From a virus: DNA of 64,000 nucleotides. The notes beneath the pieces were generated by a model. That model made no database searches. It saw nothing but the letters and a program-made list of their open reading frames with translations, and had not been told where the DNA came from. Each line of letters begins with the position of its first letter. Positions within the stretch are counted from its first letter, which is position 1. The DNA lies in IMG/VR virus record IMGVR_UViG_3300045988_131126, one strand, 5' to 3'. Shown in pieces: positions 29,472-37,329 of the stretch. The position numbers and the translations under genes are program-made.

Positions 29472-29593
29472 CCCTATATAACAAAAATTACTTGTTATAT
29501 AGAGGCTTTATGCGTTTAAAATGTGGGGACAAGTTTAAATTACCTAAAAAGACCTCTATATAACAAGTTTATAAATAAACTTGTTATATAGAG
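29472..29593. promoter_or_regulatory. two long palindromes flanking AATGTGGGGACAA (upstream control region of 28380..29462)
   Basis: Palindrome 29472-29505 (CCCTATATAACAAAAATTACTTGTTATATAGAGG). Palindrome 29553-29593 (CCTCTATATAACAAGTTTATAAATAAACTTGTTATATAGAG). TTGTCCCCACATT (reverse complement) at 29520-29532. Confidence 0.55.
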
Positions 29594-29689
29594 TATCATT
29601 TATAAAAAATATTGTATATCGCTCCTTGTGATATACACTTTTTGTCTAACTTCATAATAATATCAAAATATATAAAGGAGGTATTAGTA

Positions 29690-30721
29690 ATGGCTAATAT
29701 TCGTTGTGATATTAAGAATGTAAGACCTCGTCCTATTAGAGGATTTCTTTCTCAGAACGGAGTCATTTTTGGTGATACTGAAATAGGATTGCCATATACA
29801 TATATTATTAAAGCTATGCATCAGTCTGATGTATATGTAAACGGTAAATTAGTAGAACGTATCGGAGATGCTAGTAAGTTATTAGATGGAATGACTGTAG
29901 TAGAAACTACTCCAGAAGATGTAGCTACTAAGCTTACAGAAATTAAAGATGGTGATATTGTTTCTCTTGCTGCTGGTGAATATACAGAACCTATTACTCT
30001 TGATAAAGAATGTATTATCTCTGGTACTAAAGATACAGTTATTGCCGCTCCTATTACTGTTAATGGCGGTAATGTAATCATAGAAGGAGTAACTATGAAA
30101 GTTACTGATAAAACTATGGTTACTGCTAATGGAGATAAAGATGTATCTATCGTTAATGTAGACTTTAAGAAGGATGATGATGTAGAATGTAGAACTCTGT
30201 TAAGTCTTCCTACTAAAGGACAAACAGTTATTGATGGATGTAACTTCAAAGATCCTAACCATAAAGTATATAATGTAATGGAATTTGGTATTAATAAAGA
30301 TGATTATACTAATGGTGGAGTTATTATTAGAAACTGTGTATTTGATCAGATTGGTCATAATCACATTAGCTTCTATAATGTAGTAAATGGCGGTAAGATT
30401 CTCATTGAGAATTGCGACTTCGGTTATAATGGTGGTATTCGTGTAAGTAATGTAAATAATACCGAATGGACTCTTACATTAAAAGATTGTATCTACAGAG
30501 GTTCTGATGAAGGAGATAACCAGAGCTTAGTATGCTTCCAGGATTTCGATAAAGAGAACGTACAAGATTTTACTAAGATTACTTTAATATGTGATAATCT
30601 TGTAGACGGTAATGGAAAGCATCTTACTAAGAATACAGATCCTCAGGTTGTTTATGTATATGATGATAAAACATCTTCTATACTTAAAGATAAAAATCAG
30701 CCAAGAATAATTTTTAAATAA
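29690..30721 (+). CDS. beta-helix (pectin-lyase-fold-like) protein, probable virion-associated depolymerase
   Basis: The ORF track starts at TTG 29612. ATG 29690 follows AAAGGAGGT. Rungs: VIIEGVTMKV, VSIVNVDFKK, TVIDGCNFKD, VIIRNCVFDQ, ILIENCDFGY, LTLKDCIYRG. Confidence 0.55.
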   Translation: MANIRCDIKNVRPRPIRGFLSQNGVIFGDTEIGLPYTYIIKAMHQSDVYVNGKLVERIGDASKLLDGMTVVETTPEDVATKLTEIKDGDIVSLAAGEYTEPITLDKECIISGTKDTVIAAPITVNGGNVIIEGVTMKVTDKTMVTANGDKDVSIVNVDFKKDDDVECRTLLSLPTKGQTVIDGCNFKDPNHKVYNVMEFGINKDDYTNGGVIIRNCVFDQIGHNHISFYNVVNGGKILIENCDFGYNGGIRVSNVNNTEWTLTLKDCIYRGSDEGDNQSLVCFQDFDKENVQDFTKITLICDNLVDGNGKHLTKNTDPQVVYVYDDKTSSILKDKNQPRIIFK

Positions 30722-30729
30722 AAAATAAA

Positions 30730-30757
30730 AGTGGGATGGCAAATTTGCCATCCCACT
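30730..30757. terminator. bidirectional hairpin terminator
   Basis: AGTGGGATGGCAAATTTGCCATCCCACT between convergent genes. Confidence 0.6.
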
Positions 30758-30767
30758 AATTGTTTGG

Positions 30768-32780
30768 TTAGAAACGTTTGTATTCGCAACAAGCTTTCAG
30801 CATATATACTATATCAAAAAGCGCTACATAATGATGATCAAGCTGTGAAAGTTTACATCCAAATTCATCGTAGTCCTCTATATTTCTATAGATTGTACCA
30901 TGTATTACACTTTCAATAGATCTTGTTTCCATATACTTATCAATTAAGTTACATGATCTTGAAAAATCTATAGTATTGTACTTAATATCAATAATACGAC
31001 GTTTAACCATATTATTTATGATCGTTAAAATCCAATCAGTATTACTATTTACAAAATCAATATATTTTTCAATATTTTCAAATGCATTGTAATTATAGTC
31101 TTTCATGGTTTGTAATGAATGATATATTCGCATTGAACCTTGACTTCCATATATCAACTTATAAGCTTCAGATAATATATAGCAAAAATTGGATGGATCA
31201 TATTCGTGATTTTTTATTCTTTTAAGAATAGATAATCCAACTTCTCTTCTACGATCAGCAATAGATTTTTTACGTTCAGAAGTGCTGTATTTTATTTTTG
31301 TTTTGAATCTTTCCGCTCTTGTTGAATTTCCATCGTATATACTTTTAGATATTTTGAACTCTCTTTTCCAGTTGTTATCAATATCACGTCCATCAAGAGC
31401 CGAATGCTTTCTTGCATCATTTTCAGAAACAAATATAAACGGAGATTTTTTATATTCTGGATATTCTTCTACAACATCTTGCACTATCCCTTTACATTTA
31501 TTATTGTTTGCAAATTTCTCTATCTCCGTCATTATATTTTCTGTAGTTTTTGCACCGGTTATATTATCATATTCTTTCAATACCTCAATAAAAGGTATGT
31601 GATAATATCTAAGAGCATTATGATATCTAGTTATTTCATAAATTGCTTTACTAAGTTCTGCTGGAAGTAATTCTGTATTATATCTAGCCCATTCAAAATC
31701 CATAGAATATAAAGGCTGGATATACCATTTCTCGCTCCAAGGATAATATTCTGCTAGCTCACAAATAGCACTAATATTAATATTCTTCCTTTCTGATAAT
31801 TCTTTTGTTTCTCGTAATAATGATTTCGAAAATCTCAATCTATATTCCGTTTCTTTATTTTTTAAGGCTACGCATGAATCCATCTTAATGTACATAAATA
31901 AATTTGACATATATTTCATGTATTCTGGATGAATATGGTCATTGCTACGACCGGAATATTTATTGCAAATATATTTTATTTTTCTTATATTTTCATTTAC
32001 AGCATCATCTTTAATTCTTTTAGCTGAAATTTTCTCAGCAATAGTCTTTTTAGGTTTAGTAACTACTGCATCTGTATTAGAAAGTAACACGTTTCTATAT
32101 TCGTCCCATACTATAGCAATCTCTTCTAATGATAAATTACTAGTATCAACATTACGAGCTAACGGTTTCTTTTTTACAGGTTCGGTTAATACATCTACCG
32201 ATTTATTTTCTGCCAGGTAATTACAGGCTTCTTTAAAAATTTTTAAGAAGTCATTACTACCTGATATGGATTCAGGTTTATCTATATAAATATTGTAAAA
32301 CGTTCCGGAATTATAAGCATCTACAAAATCTCTTATATTTCTTGATCTCCATGGGTGCCTTATTTTTCGTAACGCCTTAGCTTCCACCTGGCGAATTCGT
32401 TCTCTTGTAACATTAAATATCTTTTTTGTCTGATCTAATGTAAGATTTTCACCAAATCTATAATATAAAACTGAAGTTTCTCTTTTGGTTAGAGTTATTA
32501 ATATATTATAAAGTCTCTCATATAAATCATCGGCATACGATATTGGATCAATATAATATACAGCATCTTTATTGTCTTCGGCAAATGGTACTAATTCTTT
32601 TTCAAAATCTTCTTCAAGAGCTTTCTTTTTGGAATACCATTTTGGGACGTATTTACGTCCTCCATTTTCCAAGAATATAACGCATAAATCTTGGATCTCA
32701 TCAGGATCGGTTCCTTTTTCAATTAATTCCTCAAAATATTTCTCGCATCTTTTGTTTAATTCTTCGTGTGTGTACTTCAT
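30768..32780 (-). CDS. protein with RpoD-like sigma region 4 near the N-terminus and a ~520-aa unknown extension
   Basis: aa ~98-150, LTKRETSVLYYRFGENLTLDQTKKIFNVTRERIRQVEAKALRKIRHPWRSRNIRDF, matches the sigma70 region 4.1/4.2 consensus. Confidence 0.65.
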   Translation of the reverse strand: MKYTHEELNKRCEKYFEELIEKGTDPDEIQDLCVIFLENGGRKYVPKWYSKKKALEEDFEKELVPFAEDNKDAVYYIDPISYADDLYERLYNILITLTKRETSVLYYRFGENLTLDQTKKIFNVTRERIRQVEAKALRKIRHPWRSRNIRDFVDAYNSGTFYNIYIDKPESISGSNDFLKIFKEACNYLAENKSVDVLTEPVKKKPLARNVDTSNLSLEEIAIVWDEYRNVLLSNTDAVVTKPKKTIAEKISAKRIKDDAVNENIRKIKYICNKYSGRSNDHIHPEYMKYMSNLFMYIKMDSCVALKNKETEYRLRFSKSLLRETKELSERKNINISAICELAEYYPWSEKWYIQPLYSMDFEWARYNTELLPAELSKAIYEITRYHNALRYYHIPFIEVLKEYDNITGAKTTENIMTEIEKFANNNKCKGIVQDVVEEYPEYKKSPFIFVSENDARKHSALDGRDIDNNWKREFKISKSIYDGNSTRAERFKTKIKYSTSERKKSIADRRREVGLSILKRIKNHEYDPSNFCYILSEAYKLIYGSQGSMRIYHSLQTMKDYNYNAFENIEKYIDFVNSNTDWILTIINNMVKRRIIDIKYNTIDFSRSCNLIDKYMETRSIESVIHGTIYRNIEDYDEFGCKLSQLDHHYVALFDIVYMLKACCEYKRF

Positions 32781-32866
32781 AAGTTTTCTCCTTTTCTTAG
32801 TGTATTCTTAATGTACTCTGAATAGTAAACAGCCCCTCCTGAATACTATTCATAGTAATAATATAT

Positions 32867-32898
32867 CATTCAGAATATTTCTATTTACATTCTGAATG
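32867..32898. promoter_or_regulatory. pair of CATTC(A/T)GAAT(G) palindromes in a divergent intergenic region
   Basis: CATTCAGAATA at 32867-32877 and CATTCTGAATG at 32888-32898. CTGAAT half-sites lie further upstream. Confidence 0.4.
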
Positions 32899-32945
32899 AT
32901 TAAACATTAAATTAAAAATGATAAAGAGTAAGGAGGTGCACTAAG

Positions 32946-33056
32946 ATGGCAATGATTTATTATCGACTTGTATCAAAAGGTGTAAAAACTATTGATCAGG
33001 TCCCTGAAAAATTCAGAGCTGAGGTGCAGGCATTACTCGATGCCGATAATAAATGA
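32946..33056 (+). CDS. small protein (36 aa) with KTIDQVP motif, member 1
   Basis: Under 60 aa, so not in the track. AAGGAGGTG RBS. Sequence MAMIYYRLVSKGVKTIDQVPEKFRAEVQALLDADNK. Confidence 0.55.
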   Translation: MAMIYYRLVSKGVKTIDQVPEKFRAEVQALLDADNK

Positions 33057-33121
33057 CGAGCAAAATTAAATTTGCTATAGATTTACTAAAACTTGTTTTT
33101 TCAAGAAAGGAGGAATCAATT

Positions 33122-33277
33122 ATGGATTCCATGGTTGCGATTTATGTAGCACTTATTATTAAAGGTAAAAAGACTATCGATCAGGTTCCGAAGAATCTGA
33201 AAGAAAAAGTTAAAAACATGCTGATCGATCTGGATCTGCCAGAACTTGCTGGTGTTTCCACTGAAGAGCAGAAATAA
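33122..33277 (+). CDS. small protein (51 aa) with KTIDQVP motif, member 2
   Basis: ATG 33122 follows AAAGGAGGAA. MDSMVAIYVALIIKGKKTIDQVPKNLKEKVKNML parallels member 1. Confidence 0.55.
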   Translation: MDSMVAIYVALIIKGKKTIDQVPKNLKEKVKNMLIDLDLPELAGVSTEEQK

Positions 33278-33337
33278 TTAATCTGTATGGGAATACCGTG
33301 TTTGGTATTCCCATATTTTGCTTAAGGAGGTTTTATT

Positions 33338-35116
33338 ATGGGTGCTATACTTGATAAATATATTAATCAGCTTCAGTCCTGGCTTGGTTATAATGAAGCC
33401 GATGGTACAGATGATATTATTATTAAAACATATAATAGTCAACGCCCATCTGGATCGTACAAAATGTCAATGGATGATCCTTGGTGCCATGCTACTATAT
33501 CAGCAGCTGCATATAAAGTAGGTATTTCTGGAACTATTATTCCTAATACTTGCTATTGTCCGGATGGTATAGATTGGTTTAAATCTAAAGGACAATGGGT
33601 AGGCAGAAACAGCTCTAAATACAACCCTATACGTGGAGATATTATCTACTATGATTGGGGCGGAGATGGAGAATCTGATCATGTAGGAGCAACAGTATCT
33701 AAAGATGGAAATACACTTCAAGTACTTGAAGGTAATAAATCTGATAAGTGCTGTTATAGATATATAGATCAATATGATAGTTGTATCATGGGATATGGTA
33801 GACCAGACTATGATGGTAACGGTGGTAATACAGGTTCTACTAAAGAAGATAGAAACTGGTTACAAGAAGGTGATTCTGGTAATGATGTACTAGAAATGCA
33901 GAAAAAATTAAAAGCTATAGGCTATAGTATAGATGTAGATGGAGAATGGGGTCCAGCCACAACTAAGGTAGTAAAACAATTCCAAAAAGATAACGATCTT
34001 AATGTAGATGGTGGATTCGGTGAGTTAAGTTCAGCTAGACTTAATGTATTATATAATAATAAGCAAACTACAGTTACTCCTACTACAGATTATATAGGCA
34101 AATATGTAAAAGAGTTTGAATCTGGAAATGCTGGTCCTACATCTATCGAACATTGCGGAGATGATGGTGGATTATCATATGGTACATATCAATTTATTTG
34201 GTCTTATGATAATGAGCCTGGATCTGCTCAGAGATTCTGGGATAAATACTATGCTAATACTTATGGTAAAGCTACCTCTTATGCAGATCTTAAAAATAAA
34301 TGGTTAAAAGCAGTAAAAGCTGATAAGAAAACATTTATTGATAATGAATGGGAATATGTATTAGATGGTGGAGAATATTATTCTCAAATGATTAGTACTT
34401 TAAAAGGATATTTTAATCCAAATACATTCTCTAGAGCAATGCAAGATTGTTGTTGGTCTTGGTCTGTTCATAGAGGTGGATATGGTGCTGCTACAGAGTT
34501 TAAGAAAGCTTGCGCTGCTGCTGGAATAGATGATCCACAGAAAGCAAAAGAAAAAGACTTATTAGCAGCTTGCTATGATTATAGATGGAAACATATTACT
34601 TATAACGGTAAGAGATTGACCAGATATTCACCAGATGGTGGAGAAGATAGCGAATATGTAACCATTCAAACTAAGATAGGACTTAAGCCTATAGATTATA
34701 TTACTCCTAGCGGTAAATTGATCAAGAAAGTTACTACCGGAAATAATACTAGTACAGATAAACCAAGTTCTTCTGATACTAAAAAAGAAAGTACTGCTGA
34801 TTTAGAAGCTTGGCAAAAGAAATGGTTAATGTCTGTACAGAAAATAGTAGGTGTAAAAGCTACTGGAATATACAATAAAGATATATTACACTATATTACT
34901 ATCTTAGATACAGGTTCTAAAGGATCATTAGTTAAAAAGCTTCAGGAGAAATTGATTCATCTTCAATATACCGAAGATCCTATAACAGGAACATATGATT
35001 CTAATACAAAGAAACTTGTAAAAGAATATCAAAAGTGGCATAGTATTACTGCTAATGGAGTTTGTAATATAGAAACTTGGGAGCAGTTATTATCAAAAAG
35101 AAAAGGTATAAAATAA
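33338..35116 (+). CDS. multidomain endolysin (CHAP/NlpC-like + PG-binding + lysozyme-like + PG-binding)
   Basis: DPWCHATISAAAY...DHVGATV...LEGN gives a Cys/His CHAP-type pattern. GDSGNDVLEMQKKLKAIGYSIDVDGEWGPATTKVVKQFQ and SKGSLVKKLQEKLIHLQY...TGTYDSNTKKLVKEYQ are PG_binding_1-like. The central FESGNAG...GGLSYGTYQF is a possible muramidase core. Confidence 0.7.
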   Translation: MGAILDKYINQLQSWLGYNEADGTDDIIIKTYNSQRPSGSYKMSMDDPWCHATISAAAYKVGISGTIIPNTCYCPDGIDWFKSKGQWVGRNSSKYNPIRGDIIYYDWGGDGESDHVGATVSKDGNTLQVLEGNKSDKCCYRYIDQYDSCIMGYGRPDYDGNGGNTGSTKEDRNWLQEGDSGNDVLEMQKKLKAIGYSIDVDGEWGPATTKVVKQFQKDNDLNVDGGFGELSSARLNVLYNNKQTTVTPTTDYIGKYVKEFESGNAGPTSIEHCGDDGGLSYGTYQFIWSYDNEPGSAQRFWDKYYANTYGKATSYADLKNKWLKAVKADKKTFIDNEWEYVLDGGEYYSQMISTLKGYFNPNTFSRAMQDCCWSWSVHRGGYGAATEFKKACAAAGIDDPQKAKEKDLLAACYDYRWKHITYNGKRLTRYSPDGGEDSEYVTIQTKIGLKPIDYITPSGKLIKKVTTGNNTSTDKPSSSDTKKESTADLEAWQKKWLMSVQKIVGVKATGIYNKDILHYITILDTGSKGSLVKKLQEKLIHLQYTEDPITGTYDSNTKKLVKEYQKWHSITANGVCNIETWEQLLSKRKGIK

Positions 35117-35123
35117 AATATAT

Positions 35124-35150
35124 AAGGGATATCCATAATGGATATCCCTT
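35124..35150. terminator. bidirectional hairpin terminator
   Basis: AAGGGATATCCAT-A-ATGGATATCCCTT. Confidence 0.6.
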
Positions 35151-35154
35151 ATTA

Positions 35155-35676
35155 TTATTTAGTGGTATTACTATCTTTAGTAGCGTCTGTTGTTGTATCA
35201 GTATCTGTATCAGGAGTTAATGTAGATACTAATTCGTAAATATCGCATACAGCTGTCTGAACTTCTGTAATCTGATCAGTATTAGAAGCCTGTTGTTCGT
35301 AAACATCGACAAGAGCAGTCTGAGCCTCAGTGATCTGATCTGTATTAGATGTCTGCTGCTCATATACATCTGCTAATGCTGTCTGAGTTTCTGTTACCTG
35401 ATCATTAGTAGATGTCATATTATCAGAAGTCTCTTTGATATATGTATTCATATCAATTTCATACATATCTACATTAGTATAGTTTGTATCTTCTCCTAAT
35501 GCTTTACCAGCAAAAGAATAAATTACAGAGCCATCAGCAGATAAAATACCGTCTGCTTTGGAAGCATCATCTGTAGTGATGATAACTCCATTTGTCTGTT
35601 TGAATATATATCTAGGTGTTTCAAAGTATTCAACTTTTTTGGTTATTTTATTAACCGGAATAATAACTTTAAACAT
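35155..35676 (-). CDS. hypothetical protein with three 21-aa tandem repeats
   Basis: NDQ(V/I)TE(T/A/V)QTA(L/V)xD(V/I)YEQQxSNT occurs three times, and the tail is T/D-rich. Confidence 0.65.
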   Translation of the reverse strand: MFKVIIPVNKITKKVEYFETPRYIFKQTNGVIITTDDASKADGILSADGSVIYSFAGKALGEDTNYTNVDMYEIDMNTYIKETSDNMTSTNDQVTETQTALADVYEQQTSNTDQITEAQTALVDVYEQQASNTDQITEVQTAVCDIYELVSTLTPDTDTDTTTDATKDSNTTK

Positions 35677-35806
35677 TTTTATACATCCTTTCTTAATAAC
35701 GTTATTAATTATTTAATTGTTTGGGCTAGGCAAAATTTAAAAATAAAATACACTATACATATAAGTAATTGAGGACGTTTAAGTCTATTAATTTATTTCC
35801 TTTTTT

Positions 35807-35878
35807 GGACATTTAGCTAAGGGGTACAGCATTCGGCTCATAACCGAAAGATCCGGGGTTCGAATCCCTGAATGTCCA
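35807..35878 (+). tRNA. tRNA with CAT anticodon (Met, or Ile2 if lysidine-modified)
   Basis: Cloverleaf read by eye: acceptor GGACATT/AATGTCC, anticodon stem TTCGG/CCGAA with loop CTCATAA, T arm CGGGG-TTCGAAT-CCCTG. 72 nt. Confidence 0.8.
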
Positions 35879-35942
35879 TTTAAATAATAGCATAGCTTTT
35901 TAAAGCTATGCTATATCTTTTTTGGAAAGGAAATGAAAAATT

Positions 35943-36446
35943 ATGAAAAGAGTAATTGCAGAGTGCCCCTATAATGATTATTATCTATATGTGGTCTTCC
36001 ATAAAAATGAAGGAAGACGATACGCTAATTTGATACCTATAGATGGATCTTCAGGGCTAAAAAGAAAAACAATAAGTTATGCAAGATATTTAATGTCTGT
36101 GAAAGAAGGGCGTATTCTTAACGAAAATGAACATGTTGATCATAAAGACAATAATAAAATTCACGATGATATAAGCAATCTTCAGATATTATCTCCGAGG
36201 GAAAATAAAATTAAAGAAGCAAAACGAAGAGGTACAAAAATGGTCGTTTTAAAATGTCCATACTGCGGTGTTATATTTGAAAAACCTAGAGGAAAAACAT
36301 TTTTAGTAAAAGGTGGTCGTTTTGCTGCATGTAGTAAAAGTTGTTCAGCCGGATTTGGTTCATTGCTACAATTTCATCCTAATGATCCAAAACTTTTACA
36401 AGCACTAAAAGAAAATGTTATAAATGAATACATAAAACATGAATAG
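35943..36446 (+). CDS. HNH homing endonuclease
   Basis: HVDHKDNNKIHDDISNLQILSPRENK is an H-N-H core, and a CPYCG...CSKSC zinc-ribbon-like segment follows. It lies between a tRNA and a tRNA fragment. Confidence 0.7.
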   Translation: MKRVIAECPYNDYYLYVVFHKNEGRRYANLIPIDGSSGLKRKTISYARYLMSVKEGRILNENEHVDHKDNNKIHDDISNLQILSPRENKIKEAKRRGTKMVVLKCPYCGVIFEKPRGKTFLVKGGRFAACSKSCSAGFGSLLQFHPNDPKLLQALKENVINEYIKHE

Positions 36447-36487
36447 TCATAAACCGTAAGTCATTGGTTCGAATCCAATATGGTCCA
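36447..36487 (+). pseudogene. 3' fragment of a second CAT-anticodon tRNA
   Basis: TCATAA-ACCGT-AAGTC-ATTGG-TTCGAAT-CCAAT-ATGGTCC-A mirrors the 3' half of the tRNA at 35807. No complementary 5' acceptor (GGACCAT) lies upstream. Confidence 0.55.
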
Positions 36488-36708
36488 CTATATCTCGTAT
36501 ACTTATATAAGTATACGAGATATAACTTCTTAATAATAAATGTTTAGCTTTATGTATTTCGTTTTTTTGTATCAGATTTGTTACGTTTCTATATAAACGT
36601 ACGTTTACAATTGCATTCATTGCTACAAAAGTAAATAATAAATGTTTTGAAACTATATTCTACTTTCACTATTTAATGTATTATTTTCTTATATGTAGTG
36701 CGTAAATT

Positions 36709-36855
36709 TATCTCTATACACTATATAGTGTATAGAGATATTTTTATGCCAAAGTATTTAATTTTATTTTTATAACTCTATATAACCCACTACTCTGATA
36801 AATAGCAAGTTATATAGAGGTCTTATAATACATCCTTTATTTTTGTCCCCACATT
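36709..36855 (+). promoter_or_regulatory. palindrome + TTGTCCCCACATT control module without a downstream CDS
   Basis: Perfect 32-bp palindrome at 36709-36740. Imperfect CTCTATATAAC...GTTATATAGAGG inverted repeat at 36777-36820. TTGTCCCCACATT at 36843-36855. Confidence 0.5.
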
Positions 36856-36924
36856 ATAAATTTTGTATTATTACGAATATGTTGTATTTAATATTATTTC
36901 ACAAAAAATAAAATCAAGTAATGT

Positions 36925-37150
36925 TTAAAATACGTATCTCTAGGTGGTCGCTAGAGATACGTAAGTCACGTACTTATGAATACATTACTTTACTACCAAG
37001 TCTGCAATCCCTTGGTAGTCTCACACACACATTTAAACACACTTTTCACACGCTCTGATATAGGGAGACCTCTCAGAGTAAAGGTTTGTTACTCGTTTGA
37101 ACACATTGCAATAGAAAGGATAGAGAGGACCCTTTCTATTGTTTTTCTTT
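36925..37150 (+). ncRNA. candidate structured non-coding RNA ending in a terminator
   Basis: Successive stems at 36932-36962 (12 bp), 36993-37018 (8 bp) and 37053-37078, then the terminator ATAGAAAGG...CCTTTCTAT+TGTTTTTCTTTT at 37111-37150. No credible CDS. Confidence 0.35.
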
Positions 37151-37296
37151 TGACTGTAATTGAAATATTATTCTTTATATGACCACTTATTATAAAGAAT
37201 ATGTAGAACTGCTAGATAACAATGATTTATATAATCACCATTATCACTATAATAATATATAACTGAGATTCTGAACTTATTCAAAACGATTAAGAA

Positions 37297-37322
37297 CCCC
37301 ATATACTATATAGTATATGGGG
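37297..37322. terminator. hairpin terminator downstream of nrdG
   Basis: CCCCATATACTATATAGTATATGGGG. Confidence 0.55.
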
Positions 37323-37329
37323 TTTAATT

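Noticed and set aside
35879-36487. An intron-containing tRNA with the HNH ORF inside a group I intron in the anticodon loop.
   Set aside because: No 5' half complementary to the 3' acceptor ATGGTCC is present between 35879 and 35942, and the upstream tRNA is complete by itself. Insertion with truncation is the simpler reading. A tRNA or intron scanner should confirm this.
36976-37182. 68-aa ORF in the long gene-free region.
   Set aside because: It has no Shine-Dalgarno sequence and odd composition, and it runs through three stems and a terminator. The region is treated as a candidate ncRNA.
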